Source: Hemiscyllium ocellatum (taxonomy: Eukaryota). From it: a stretch of 64,000 nucleotides of DNA. Under the pieces are notes generated by a model, which saw only the letters and a list, made by a program, of their open reading frames with translations, was not told where the DNA came from and did not search any database. Of the stretch, positions 1 through 13,129 are shown piece after piece; the stretch's first letter is position 1, and each line of letters starts with the position of its first letter. The stretch lies in contig NC_083412.1 in the NCBI RefSeq assembly GCF_020745735.1, forward strand, positions 35,777,181 to 35,841,180, given 5' to 3'. The translations under genes were made by a program, and so were the position numbers.

Positions 1-699
1 AACGCAAGAATCTCCACCCCAAAGGGCAACCCCAGTTTGTTCACCGAGCGAATAATTTACCTGATCAGCACAAAGAAGAAGACATGATAATAAATCAATT
101 TATTCAATAAACAGAGAGGGACTCGATTGTCTTAAGAAACTGCAAGAACACAAAGAAACGTTCATTCCTGATTGTAACTAAAATTAGCCAAGAAAACCAC
201 CGAGCCTTGACAGATCCGTGAGAAATCGTAATGCCAGGACGACAGTGGACTTCTGATTCATCATTTCGAGGAATATTAGTAATTTTCAATTTCCAAAACT
301 AAAATAGAAGCCAGTACTTCCCATTAAAAAATGGCAGTAAATAAAGCAATTCAATTTTCACAGAGGAGGAAAATGACGGATAAAGATAGTTTGGCGAAAG
401 TAAACACACCTCGGATGGTACGAAGCTGCTCCAGGTCTGTGAAGATGCAGTGAATGAGTGAGTGGAAACAGCGTGAGTGAAATGGACCTCAATATGTGGA
501 GCCTGCAGGAGGGTGGCGACGGGCGTTCAAGCCTGGAGGAATCCCCTGAGTCTGATTCAGGACACAACACGGGACCGAGGGACTTTCATCTTCAACACTG
601 GCGGCTCATCGCTTGCCGGAAAAGTCTCCATTCACGGAATGTGAATTCGTGCATCTGGGCAAAATCGGAACGCCACATTTGCGCGAAGCTCCGAATGGG

Positions 700-950
700 T
701 CACCATCACAACATGAGAGTCCGGGAAAGCACCGCCACCGCCGCCGCCATATTGTTTCCGAGGGCGCCGCGAGGGGGGCGGGACCGACAGGCAGCCCGGG
801 CAACCGTCAGCTCATTGGCCACCCTGCCCATCAGTCACAGCGGATTGCGGCCAATCGCCGATCGGCTGCGTGTGATGCTGCTGCTGCTGCTGCTGGTCTT
901 CGTTGGAGCCCATTGCAAAGAGTGAGCGCGGCTCCTGCTGGAAGCGCTGG
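700..950 (-). promoter_or_regulatory. CpG-rich promoter / first-exon region of an unidentified gene, probably transcribed leftward out of the window
   Basis: Dense CpG. YY1-like GCCGCCATATTG at ~743-754 (reads aatATGGCGGC on minus), GC box GGGGCGGG 775-782, CCAAT boxes at 814-818 (minus) and 851-855 (plus). Strand and gene identity are inferred. Confidence 0.5.
876..895 (+). repeat. short (CTG)n trinucleotide repeat
   Basis: gctgctgctgctgctgctgg run seen directly. Confidence 0.8.
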
Positions 951-1014
951 TGAACTCGAAATCAGGGCAATCAGTTCGCTGGCTGGCTTTCATAGAGACG
1001 GAGGGGAAAAAAAA

Positions 1015-1245
1015 CCCTGCAGATGCTGGAATCCAAGGTAGGTACAAACAGGAGGCTGGAAGCTGCCGCGTTGCAAGCCAGGCAGCATCAGGAGGTGGAA
1101 AGGTCAACATTTCGGGAGTAAGATTAGTGTGGTGCTGGAAAAGCACAGCAGGTCAGGCAGCATCCGAGGAGCAGGAAAATCGATGTTACGGGCAAAAGCC
1201 CTTCATCAGGAACTTGACTCTAATCTCCTGCATCTGCAGTACCCA
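1015..1245. mobile_element. Penelope-like-derived short repeats with degenerate hammerhead core
   Basis: gcagatgctgg...gtgctggaaaagcacagcaggtcaggcagcatccgaggagcagg...gggcaaaagcccttcatcagg; same family as copies at 6417, 16051, 42068, 49168 and 52940. Confidence 0.65.
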
Positions 1246-2777
1246 CTTCTGCCCGGTTGATCTCGGGTGGAACTCTCCTTTGGGACGAAGGTACCTCGGA
1301 ACGAGCAAGTGGCTTGCTCTTACTAAATGGATCCAATTCTACCGTGAGATCCCTGCTCCCAAAGCTGGCTCGGACGATCTATGGGACTTAGCAACAAGGG
1401 CAAAATTCTGGCCCGGCAGAGAATCCGAAATAAAACAGAAAGTAGCGGGAATATTCAGCTTGTCGGGCGGCACCCGTGAAGAGAGAAGTGCAATTCATGT
1501 TTTAACTGGATGATCTTTGACAGACGTTATCACACCCGCGTTGGAAATGAAACTCACAAGCAGTAAATGGGATCCAGAATTTTCATGGCATTGTGAAGCT
1601 GCCCCTACTCGATGATCAATTCTGAAAACAAAGATCGTTTAATTGTTACGATTTCAGCGTACACTTTTATGACTTTTAAAAATACCATACGTTATTCTGT
1701 AAGGTGCAATGTGAAGAAATAGTTATGAACCATCACAGTGTTCGTTACTTGTTTGAGCGTCAGACCACGGCTTGTGACAGTTATGTACACACAATGATAG
1801 TAGGTAATAAAGAAATTCTCGTTTTGTTACTGGTTACATTGTTAGCTCAACCTTGATTTTTTTTCTGTCTGGAGAGGGTTCATCATGGCATTACCAGATT
1901 ATAAATGTTTTCACACTACTTAAATAATTTGGTGAGCATGGAACTGAGGTGAGGTTTGCTCTTACTAAATGGACCCAAGTGGATTTTTTAGATAAAATTT
2001 TTTGTCATAAGCTTATAGCAAAGTGTTCTAATGTTGTACACTATGTACACTGAATGTACAAACAAATATACAGTACATCACATTGAAGGTCATGCTTTAG
2101 TGACATTCTGAGGTTAAACTGAGTCACAGAAGTTCCAAGGGGCTTAATTTTAAATAGTTGAGTTAACTGCCCAATGTGAAGCTTTTATAATCCAATCAAT
2201 CAAAAGAAACTTCTCCATAATTTGTTTCAGGGTAAACTATTCTTACCTTCCAGGGAGTCAGTTTAAGAGCATGGGTATGAATGTTTTCAGAAAATCCAAT
2301 AGGTTACATAATCCTTCCATAGCTCCAGATGAAGTTTGTACATTAACTGTTCATGGCAACCTATATCCCAAAAATGTTTTACCCCCATCTTTGGAGAGTC
2401 AAATGTCACAGCTAGTTTCATGATCTAACTACCTAGCTACTGCTTGATGTACCTGGATTCAAATCTGCAGCGAATCAGCAAATATGGAATTAAAAGTTGA
2501 ATGATGACCATGAAACCATTTTGAATTGTCAAAAAAAAATGTAGTTCACAAATATCCTTTAGGGAAGCTGTTGTGGTGGGGTTTTGACTTACTAGTACAG
2601 TAACATTAACACTACACCACAACCTTCCCTTTTTCAGATACTGGAAATCTGCTGTCATTATCAATGACAACCAGTATTTACCAGTGTGTAAATATATGTA
2701 CAAATCCACGGTTCTGGAAGTAATTCAGATATTTAGACTGAATTACGAAAATCTGATTGTTTGACTGAAGTGGAGAT

Positions 2778-3345
2778 CCCAAGTCTCTTTGCATTTCAGA
2801 CTTCTGAACTTTCTCTCCATTTAGAAAATAGTCCATGCCTCTATTCTTCTGACCAAAGTTCATGATCTCACACTTTGCCACATTGTACTCCATCTGCCAC
2901 TCCTTTGCCCACTCTCCTAACCTATTGAAATCCTTCTGCAGCCTCACCACATGCTCAAAGCTGCTTGTCCCTCTACCTAGCAAACCGAGCCAGCATGTAA
3001 GGTGTGTGTGTGTGTGTGTGAACTCTCTCAAGGGGAGGTCATGCCTGACAAATCTGCTAGAATTCTTTGAGGAAGTAACGAGTAGGTTAGACCAAGGAGA
3101 GCCAATGGATGCTATCTACCTGGACTTCAAGAATGCCTTTGACAAGGTGCCGCATAGGAACTGTGTGAAATAAGGGCCCATGGTGTTAGAGGCTTGGTCA
3201 TTGAGTACATTTAAGACTGAAGTAGATAGGTCCTTGAGTATCAAGGGTTTTGGGGAGAAAGTGGGAGAATGGGGTTGAGAAACTTATCAGCCATGATTGA
3301 ATGGCAGAGCAGACTTGATGGACTGAATGGCCTAATTTCTGCCCC
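2778..3345. mobile_element. CR1 LINE RT fragments (minus then plus) separated by (GT)n
   Basis: Minus: RLQKDFNRLGEWAKEWQMEYNVAKC. Plus: GRSCLTNLLEFFEEVT...IYLDFKNAFDKVPH. Then a CR1-type 3' end. Confidence 0.85.
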
Positions 3346-6300
3346 AAGCCCTGTGGTCGTATGGTCAAGCTGGGAATAACCTGAATGTGTTTCCTAACTC
3401 CCCATCTTGTGCAACTTCCAAAAGTTTCATGTCTGAAACGGTGTTTCACATTTTCACCCGATTTGTCACTTTTGTGAAGTTCTTGGAACAAAATAATAAG
3501 TTTCCGTGAGAAGCCTTCTGAATCAAAACTACAAAATGTTGTTAAAACATTGCTTCTTGTGTTCCCTTTTGAGACTCCTTCTGCTGGTACTTTTCTAACA
3601 ACCATAGAGGCATCATTGATTTCTAGTTTGCCTTTAGAAACCTCATGATACACCTTGAACATGTCAGAATTGCTGGACTGGAATACTGACTTGCAGTATC
3701 AGCAAGAGATCAAATGAAATAACAACCTGAATCTGTTTAGTAACTTTAATTCGAATGTCATGAAATAAACCTAGATACTTTACCTGTAGACGCAAAGCTA
3801 GAAAGGGAGTGATGAGGAGCAGTCATTGAAATCTTTCTTTGTGGAGGTTTTATAATGTTCAAGAGGTTCAGGGAAGAAGTTTCTGAAAGTACAGCCATTA
3901 AGAGGGAAGGATGGAACAGACAATATTTTCAAATTTGAATAGTACAATTTTCAGAGGCATTCACAAGTTAAGTGGAGTGCGCAGAGATACAGTGCAATAT
4001 GGACACATTGATTCATCTATTCAGTTACTGATATGCACACATGAAAGTGAGATTGGAAGATCAGTAAGGTGAGGTGATGTCACCTTACACATGGTCTGGG
4101 TAAAACAGTCTGAAACTTCTGTGGTCCCACTTGGCTCTGAGATTAATGTACCCTCCACATTCTTAAATGAGACACAGTTCTGTTTTTGACCCATTGTGCA
4201 GAATGTGTACTGAGAAATCCCCTGTTGTGTCCTCGCTGTTCATATTATTTTCCTGAACATATTGGGAATAGATTAGCTTTTCTTATAAGATCAGAAATGA
4301 TTAGTTTCCCTTTGATAACATCAGGATTCATTCAGTGTGCTCCAATTACTACTTTTTGCTTCAACTATTTCTACCCACTATGATTTGCTCCAGATATTTA
4401 TGGATTTATGATACTCCATGCTTCTTCATGAAGAGAAAGCAATAATAATTCTGTTAGGGATTACTTCTGCAACTTCCCAGAGTAGTACTAAAAAATGAAA
4501 AAAACACCAAATCAATTCTGCAAAAATGGAAAATCCTACCCTCTGTTTCAGACTTTGCTTGAAGTCCTTCAAAGTAGCTCTATTCCAAAAGTTATGTGTT
4601 CACACATAAAAGTCAACTTTACAAATCCAACTGCCTCTCATCTAATTTTAGCTATAATATACTGTCTGTTGGATGGATTTTCTCACAAGCATTATTGGCA
4701 ATAAATGTCTTGGGCTCCAGCTACCTAACATGTTTTTTTCCTTCATATTATGCAAAAGTGGAATCTTGCATAATAATAACATCATGCTTGCATTCTGGAT
4801 GATAGCCTTTTACATGTATTGTATTTTGATATCACTTGAATATTAACTGAGTAAAACCTTTTTTTCTACATTAATTCCATTACATCTTTAGGTTTGAATA
4901 CTTCAACATGTTTAGTCTAACATTGTCGCGGACTGGAACAAGCAAACATGACTTTTTTTAGCCTTTTTCAGTCCAATGCCTAGTTTTAAAGAAGCATAAG
5001 ACAGAAATTGAACAGAAAAGTCATGCTTCTGAAGTCCAATTTAATTGAATGTATCAAATTTCATTATGTAATAACATTTATGTTTGAAGACTGAAGGATA
5101 TATGCAAACCACAGGCATTTTCTTCTCAAAGATTTTGACGCCAGCACAGATTTCTATCATCTACAGGGCTTCCTGTCATCTTGTGAAAAGTAACATCCTT
5201 AACACCATTCCCTGTGGGACTTCATTTGTAAACTGTTTCCATGCAAAGCTACTACAACTAATGATAAGCTTGCAACTATGAAAATACAATCAATTCCCTA
5301 GTCAATGCAGAATCTGCCCTTAGGTCCCATTGGACTCAAATTTTTTCATAGCAGAGTTAAATAGTATTCTGTTGGGAGGCATCTTATCAAGAGATTTTTG
5401 AAATACCAAATGGTTCAGAATTTGCATCATGAGTAACATTGAAGCTAACAGCAAACTAGAAAATAATTTTCAAAGCCTGTGCATGTGCAGTTCACTGCAG
5501 AATTTCTGAAGTTGCAGTCCAATTTACTTTACTCCTCTCTGAACTGAGCTATAGTTGTATTCCACCTATGGAGTCAGCAAGAAAATAAATGTCATTGCTT
5601 GAAGGTGCGATACTTATCCAGTTGTGTTTTGTTTTAATTCATTCATGGGATGCGGACATCACTGTTAAAGACAACATTTTCTGTCCATTCCAAAGTGCTG
5701 TTAAGATGTATAATAGTTTGATGCCTTCTAAAACCTTTAAAAAGTAATTCCATAAAGTATTTTCAAGCAGACAGCTCTCAGATTTTCACCCAACGCAATG
5801 AAGAAAAGAAAATTACCTCCAAGCCAGGTGTTGTGCAACTTTGAGGAGGAATTTGGAAGTGGAATTTCTGATGCCTTTTCCTTTCTTGGTGGTAGAGATT
5901 TGGGAGTTGCAATCAAAGAGTCCTTGCTGAATTCTGCAGTCCTTGTTTTAGATGCAGTATACTGTAGTCAGTATACCAGTGGTGCAGAGAATGAAGTATC
6001 GTGTGTTGATCGGGCAGCTAGAGCAGTTGTTTGGCAGCAATTCTGACTTGCGACTGAGGAAACTTTTAAGGCTCACTCCTGAATGCACTAATCCTAACAT
6101 TTTATGCTATGTTTAATAGCTAACTTTCACACTATCATGACACATCCATCAATGGGGTTGGTGAGATATAATTTATTTTCAAAAACTCATGTCCTTTGTA
6201 TTTAATAAGCCTCTGGTACAGTGTGATCACTAAAAGTTAAACCAAGCAAATTTCCTCCAGTTGACATCCAGATCATGCATCAATGTTTTCTATGTATTTT

Positions 6301-6416
6301 TTGTTTATAGGTACAAAATTAATTAACCTCTCTACAACCATCAGGAGTAATCCTAATGCAGCAAACAATTGACTGTTTGAACAGTCAAGTAATTTAGCAT
6401 GGCTCCCATTGTGCTA

Positions 6417-6611
6417 GGAGAAAGTGAGGACTGCAGATGCTGGAGATCGGAGCTGAAAAATGTGTTGCTGGAAAAGAGCAGCAGGTCAGGCAGCATCCAA
6501 GGAGCAGGAGAATTGACGTTTCAGGAAGAAGGGCTTATGCCCGAAACGTCGATTCACTTGCTCCTTGGATGCTCCCTGAACTGCTATGCTTTTCCAGCAA
6601 CACATTTTTCA
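6417..6611. mobile_element. fold-back Penelope-like-derived insert (family A) with 15-bp TSD
   Basis: Direct repeat gctcccattgtgcta at 6402-6416 and 6612-6626; internal inverted repeat; centre gggcttatgcccgaaacgtc. Confidence 0.8.
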
Positions 6612-7064
6612 GCTCCCATTGTGCTAAGTAACTTTGCATGAATGCCGTCTGGGCCAACAAGACAATTTGATTTAAGACCCCTTAGTTTTCTCAAGATCTA
6701 TTTTAACATGTCTTTTTTTGTCAATTATACTGCACTACTGACAACCAAGCAGTCTTCAAGAGTAAATATTGACCATTTAAAATGACATCTATGTTCTGGG
6801 AATTCATCTGAATCTCCTTGCCCTCTATATTTCTTTTAGCCCTCTGACTCAAAAAAACTAAAATGATTTCATTCTTGATACTTCAATTATCTACAATTGT
6901 GTTTTTCTTTTAGCTAGTAAATTTAATTATTTAAAGCACAATTAACATTCACACTTCACTATACTCATTTAAGAACATGTGATATAAGGCTAATTCAATT
7001 CAATTTAATTATTTTAAACAAAAAGCATTTCTGCTTAAATGTGAAGTTCTTGTATTTAATTAGT

Positions 7065-7183
7065 TAAAAATCGCACAGTGCGCCAAAAGCTAGTGCTTCC
7101 AAATAAACTTGATGGACTATAATCTGTTGTTGTGTGATTTTTAACTTTGTCCACCCCAATACAACACTGACGCTTCCACATTA
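7065..7183. mobile_element. fold-back-family insert (family B) with 12-bp TSD
   Basis: tatttaattagt at 7053-7064 and 7184-7195; shares aaagctagtgcttccaa/aaacctgttggactata motifs with the 7985 and 51930 copies. Confidence 0.65.
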
Positions 7184-7604
7184 TATTTAATTAGTCACAC
7201 ACTTTGGTTTGGTTTTACCAAATGATTTTTTGACTTGACCATCAGTGGTTTCCTCGTGAATTAGAATGGTGTTAAAAATTCAGGTTTCCCTCCAATATTA
7301 ACTGCACTCTGTAATCTTTCCTTTTTTTTAACTATTAAGTCTTTTGAAATCCAAAAGTGTGTGATGTGTTGATATGAAAATATTCACATTTGTGACCCTT
7401 TGGGTGGCAAGGTTCTTTGGAACACAGTGAAAGCTCTGCATCTTGTCCAACTGAGATATTTTCTCCAAAGGAAAAAGTAATAATTTTGTGAACATTTTCC
7501 AGACTGCATAACGTAGAATGACCCTCTGGTAGCTTGCAGCATGAATGTGGAAACTTTTTATTAAAGGATAAACTTCACCCATATACTCCACAAGCCCATA
7601 AAAT

Positions 7605-8790
7605 CCACAAAGCTAGGTGGGATGGTGAGCTGTGAGAAGGATGCAGAGATGTTGAAATGTGACTTAGATAGGCTGAGTGAGTGGTCAATTGCATGGCAGA
7701 TACAGTAAAATGTGGATAACTATGAGATTATCCACTTTGGTCGCAAAAATAAGAAGGCAGATTGTTATTAATGGCTATAAATTGACAGAGGGGAATATTC
7801 AATGAGACCTTAATGTCCTTGTGTACCTGTCATTAAAAGTAGGCATGCAGATGCAGCAGGCAGTGAAGATGGCAAACTGTATATTAGCCTTCATAATGAG
7901 AGGATTGGAGTTTAGGAATAAGGATGTCTTGCTACAATTATTGTTGGAATATTTTGTGCAGTTTTGGTCTCCTTATCTGAGGAAACCATGATGTGGAAAT
8001 GCTGGTGTTGGATTGGGGTGGACAAGGTCAGAAGTCACATGTCACAAGGTTACGGTTCAACAGGTTTATTTAAAATCACAAGCTTTTGGACTGCTACTCC
8101 TTCATCAGGTGAAGTGATGAAAGAGCAGCACTCTGAAAGCTTGATCTTAAATAAACCTGTTGGACTATAACCTGGTGTCATGTGAGTTCTGACTTCCTCT
8201 GAGGAAGGATGTTTTTGCGATAGAGGCAGCACAGCGAAAGTTTACCAAATTGATTTCTTAGATGGCAGAATTCACCATGTGGATAGACTAAGTTCCTGAT
8301 GAAGGGCTTTTACCCAAAACATCGATTTTCTTGCTCCTTGGATGCTTCCCTACTTGCTGTGCTTTTCTAGCACCACACTCTCAACTCTAATTCCATTAGG
8401 ATTCTATTCATTGGAGCTTAGAAGAATGAGGGGAAATCTCGTAGAAATCTATGAAATTCTAACAGGACTAGACAGGTTAGGTGCAGGAAGGATATTCCCG
8501 ATAGTGGGGAAATCCAGAACCAGGGGTCTAGGTTTAAGGATTACAGGTAAACCTTTTAGGACTGAGTGGAAGAGAAATTTCCTCGCCAGAAAATGGTAAG
8601 CCTGTGGAATTTGGTGGTGAGACCAAAACATTGTATTTTCAAGATGGGGACAGCTAATACATTTGTGGCAAAAGGGATCAAGGGATATTGGGGAGGGCAA
8701 GATTAGGATATTCAATTCAAAGATCAGCCATGGTCATAATAAATGGCACAGCAAGCTCAAGGGTTCAAATAGCTAGATTCTGCACCCATC
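7605..8790 (+). mobile_element. degenerate CR1 LINE 3' part, interrupted by two short inserts
   Basis: LGFYSLELRRMRGNLVEIYEILTGLDRL...SRTRG is the typical CR1 ORF2 C-terminus. Confidence 0.8.
7985..8197. mobile_element. palindromic insert (family B) with head-to-head degenerate hammerhead cores and 9-bp TSD
   Basis: tctgaggaa at 7976-7984 and 8198-8206; long inverted arms; centre ccttcatcaggtgaagtgatgaaagagcagcactctgaaagc. Confidence 0.75.
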
Positions 8791-11354
8791 TCCAGTGGTT
8801 CTAATATTCACTCACTTGCGCTCAGCCCTGCCAAACCCATGGCTTTCTATTCTTTTAGGTCTGGTCTCTTCATTCCTGATGATGCCTGAAATGTCGACTC
8901 TCCCACTCCTTGGATATGCTTTTCCAGTGCCATACTTTTTGACTCCCTGATATATGTCTCCATACGTCTGCCCCACCATTGGAAGTTGTGACTTCTGCCA
9001 GTTTGGGTGACTGTCTGCAACTTCCTCCCAAAACAGCAACAAATATCTTTTTCTTAAGGCATTTCCTATAAAATACCTATTTGCTCAAGGCTTTTGTTAT
9101 TCCTCCTTTTTTCATTATGTAAACTTCACTTATTTCACTCCATTTTTGTCTAATTATATCTCTCAGAAAATGTACAAGAAAAAAACAAATAGCTATTGTC
9201 ATCCTTGTCATCACTGCAGTATATATTGCTTTACATTTCTGTTGTTGATTATAACTATGGCCATGGAAATCATTAACATCAAACAACCCATTTGAAGCTT
9301 ATTTAGTAAATTTTAAATCACTATTTAGTCATTGATTTGATACAGCACCCTCAATGAATTAGTTTTAGAATTATGAAAATACATGTTTGATATATATGGA
9401 TAAGAACAGGTGGTGGTTTAACAGGAGAATTGTCATTTGTCACCATAGTAACATGTAACATCCTTAATGGAACTAAGGTCAAGAATTAATTTGGACTGTT
9501 TCCAACTGGAAGCTGAACCAGAACAGTCTTGACCCAAGCACAAAGCAATGTTGTGCACTTCCCCTGCAGTTTCTTAATTTCTCTCTGTAAAGAAAGGATC
9601 AGTTTATGTTTGGAGAACTGTCATCTGCTTCTTTTTGCTGAAAAGGACGTGCTGGGTTGATGAGCGTGAAGAGACCTTACTGTCATATTGTTGCAGAGCA
9701 CTGAAAAAGCAATCTGGTTTACAAAGCATTTCAATGTTTTCAAGATTCTGATTTATTATTCATTGTATTTTCATCTTGTTATTATCTATGCAGAGTAAAA
9801 CCGTAAAGTGCAAAATTGAGACTTTATTCTGTTTTTATGTCCATTATAGAACGTCTTCACCTACGTTTAATTGAGGAATGTTAATATAATTGGGTTAGGT
9901 TTTCTGTTGTAAATCCTTTCTTTTTGTTTATTTCACACCGCTCTCATTCATTGTTGGCGATTTACCAATTTCTGGCTCAACTAGTTTTACTTGTTTGAAT
10001 ATACAAAGCTTCAGATTCTTGGTTGTTTTTCCTATCCTGATATTTATAAACTTGTAGTTCACGGAGAACACTGCCACAACAATACAAAGAAGTTTCTGGT
10101 GGTATAATGTAGTCATAACTGGAAAATATGAAAGTCTTTTGCCACAGTGGAGGGTAGCATCCTAGTTGCTGAGCCAGAAGGTTCTGATTGGAACCCCACC
10201 TTCATTCTTAAGAGCAGAGGACGGTACTTTCAGAGCATGGCTAAATCAGTTGATTATCAATTAATGCAAAGTACCACAGATGCTGGAGATCGGAAACGAA
10301 AACAAAGTGCTAGAGAAATATAAAAGGACTAGCAGGCTCTGTGGAGAGAGAAACAGAGTTAACATTTTGAGTCTGGTATGACTCTTCAATGGAACTCAAA
10401 TTGAACTCAAACTTAACCCTAACTATCAACTTTCATTTCATTCCAGATTATGACATTGGCAAGCAATAAGAGCAAATGCAATTCCTGGTCAGCCATCTCA
10501 TGGAAAAAACGTTGGCATCTTTACCAGCACCAGCCATATTTTTAGAATACAAAATGCATGTAAAAGTTCCCACAGCACCTCAGATTTGTTATGACTGATG
10601 TGAAAAATAGATGTCCAATGTTGAATTCCTGTAATCTGATTTTTAATACCTAGGACCTGTCATGAACTAATATCGTTTTTAAAGGGAAAATACTGACCTC
10701 TGATGCCTGCAGTTAAATCCTGATCAAGTTCAGCCAAATTCATGAATCTATTAATAATTAAGAACCATTTTGAAATACAATTAACTTGTTTGAAACAAGT
10801 CACTCAGATCTGGATTTGTTTGATTCTAGAAGTTCTAATCCAGCTTGATAAAAGCAATTAAGCCAGATATGGAAATGAACTGTATTTCAGGAAACAGCTT
10901 TTGGGCAGAGCAGAGAGAAAAGTTATGGAATTCATCACAGCAGGACTGGACAGCTTGCTGTAGCTTGCTGTCCCTCTCTCTCACTCTCTCCCCTTTTTTT
11001 TCTCTCAGCCTTTCGAATGACAGCATTGGTGATAATGCAAATTGGAGAAATATTCATTCACCATGAACTTAAACATATCTACAGACTTTGCTACTGCTGA
11101 GGATACAAGACATTAATTATGGTCGCAAGTTAAATGAAGGACTTTTGCCCGAAATGTCGATTTCACTGCTCCTTGGATGCTGCCTGAACTGCTGTGCTCT
11201 TCCAGCACCACTAATCCAGAATTTGGTTTCCAGCATCTGCAGTCATTGTTTTTACCTTTTAGTAAGTTAAAGCCTAACACCTCAAGACTAATAAATTTCA
11301 TATTCTTTTGGCTCCCTGTTTGTACAATCACTCTCCCATTTTAAAGCCTTTTCA

Positions 11355-11950
11355 TAGAGTCACAGAGATTTACAGCACGGAAACAGACCCTTTGGTCCAA
11401 CTTGTCCATGCCGACCAGATATCCCAATCCAATCGAGACCCACCTGCCAGCACCCGGCCCATATCCCTCCAAACCCTTCCTATTCATATTCATCCAAATG
11501 CCTTTTAAATGTTGCAATTGTGGTAGCCTCTGCCACTTCCTCTGGCAGTTCATTCCATACAATTACCTCCCTATGAATGAAAAATTGCCCCTTGCGTTTC
11601 TTTTATATCTTTCCCCTCTCACCCTGTAACCATGCCCTCTAGTTCTGGACTCCCCCACCCCAAGGAAAATACTTTGTCGATTTATCCTATTCATGCTCCG
11701 CATGATTTTGTAAACCTCGATAAGGTCACCCATAAGCCTCCAACCCTCCAGGGAAAACAGCCCCAGCCTGTTCAGCCTCCCCCTATAGCTGAAATCCTCC
11801 AACCCTGGCAACATCCTTGTAAATCTTTTCTGAGCCCTTTCAAGTTTCACAACATCTTTCCGTTAGGAAGCAGACCAGAATTGCACACAATATTCCAAAA
11901 GTGGCCTAACCAATGTCCTGTACAGCCGCAACATGACCTCCCAACTCTGT
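11355..11950 (-). mobile_element. CR1 LINE 3' fragment
   Basis: KLERAQKRFTRMLPGLEDFSYRGRLNRLGLFSLE...GDLIEVYKIMR plus CR1 3' tail. Confidence 0.9.
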
Positions 11951-13129
11951 ATGCGTGCTTTAAGGCATTTTTGATATTTTGTGTATTTGTCATGTTATAA
12001 GGTTCTTTGCATGTATCTTGTATTTATATTTGTGTTAAGATGTAACCAATTGCGAAATGGACCAATGACCGGAGCTCAAAAGTAGGTAACAATAAGATTG
12101 ATCTACAAAAGGAGAATAATTCTGGCAAAAGACATCATTGCTGGGCCAACAGAGACAAAATTAATGAGACAAGGTGCGCACACACACACACAGAAACAAG
12201 GTCATGAGATGTGATTGAGATAGTGATTCACCACCAGATGCTTTGTCCACAATAACTGACCTACAATGTACTCCCAGGTATGTGTGAATAACGTATTTCC
12301 TACCCTACCTAAATGTAGAAATCACACTCATTGTAAGCATGCACCTAAAAACCCTGCGTACTGAGAGTAGAATAAAGCATTTCCTTATTTGCCAAGGGAC
12401 CAGGTTCAGTAAGGGTTATATAGCCACAGCCTTCAAGAACACCACTTCCGCATTCAGGGAATGTAACATGGTCAGCTGTGCAGAGGACTTGTTAGCAGAG
12501 TGATCACCTGATAAAGAACTCTTGTACATCGGAACTCAGTAAATGACTGTTAGTCTGAGTATATGCTATTGCTTGGTGAGTTATTAGAGGGTTACTACAT
12601 GAACTGGAAATTGTTTCCAAAATTTATGTCATGGTATTGATACCCAGAGTATGAGGTGAAGACTATAGAGGCAGTGAGGCCTTCTGTTTAAGAGTCTTTT
12701 ACTTTGATGTTGTGTTTTATTATCTTGTTCAGTAAGAAAATACCTTTTCCTTTCACTCAAGAAAAGCTTGAAATTAGTTCTTTTCTGAACAAGTGAACTA
12801 TGTTTTAATTGGAATTTGATATACCTATGTGCCAAAGGGAATTAAAAATCTTTGTTTTGGTCAGCCAATGGATTAAAAAGGGGGTAGCGGATTCATATCC
12901 TTCTACTAAGTAACAGTAGACTGCATAGCCAATAGTAGTAGATCAGCCCGATCAACTTTGTTGTACAGGAAGCAATGTTGGCTGCTCCTTGTGGACTGAC
13001 ACATGCAGGTCAACAATTTGTAAGCAGCAATAATTTTCTTAATCGTTCCTGAAAGAGTAAGCATGACAGACCCACAATACTTTCATCCTGAAACATCAAT
13101 AATTTCTGCTGCTTCCAAGCACAAACAGT

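Noticed and set aside
458-1513. Several 100-190 aa ORFs at the left end
   Set aside because: They overlap in multiple frames within GC-rich or repeat sequence and show no recognisable domain; expected by chance in a CpG island.
12040-12430. TG...CA segment with AATAAA resembling a solo LTR
   Set aside because: No terminal inverted repeat, TSD or second copy to support it.
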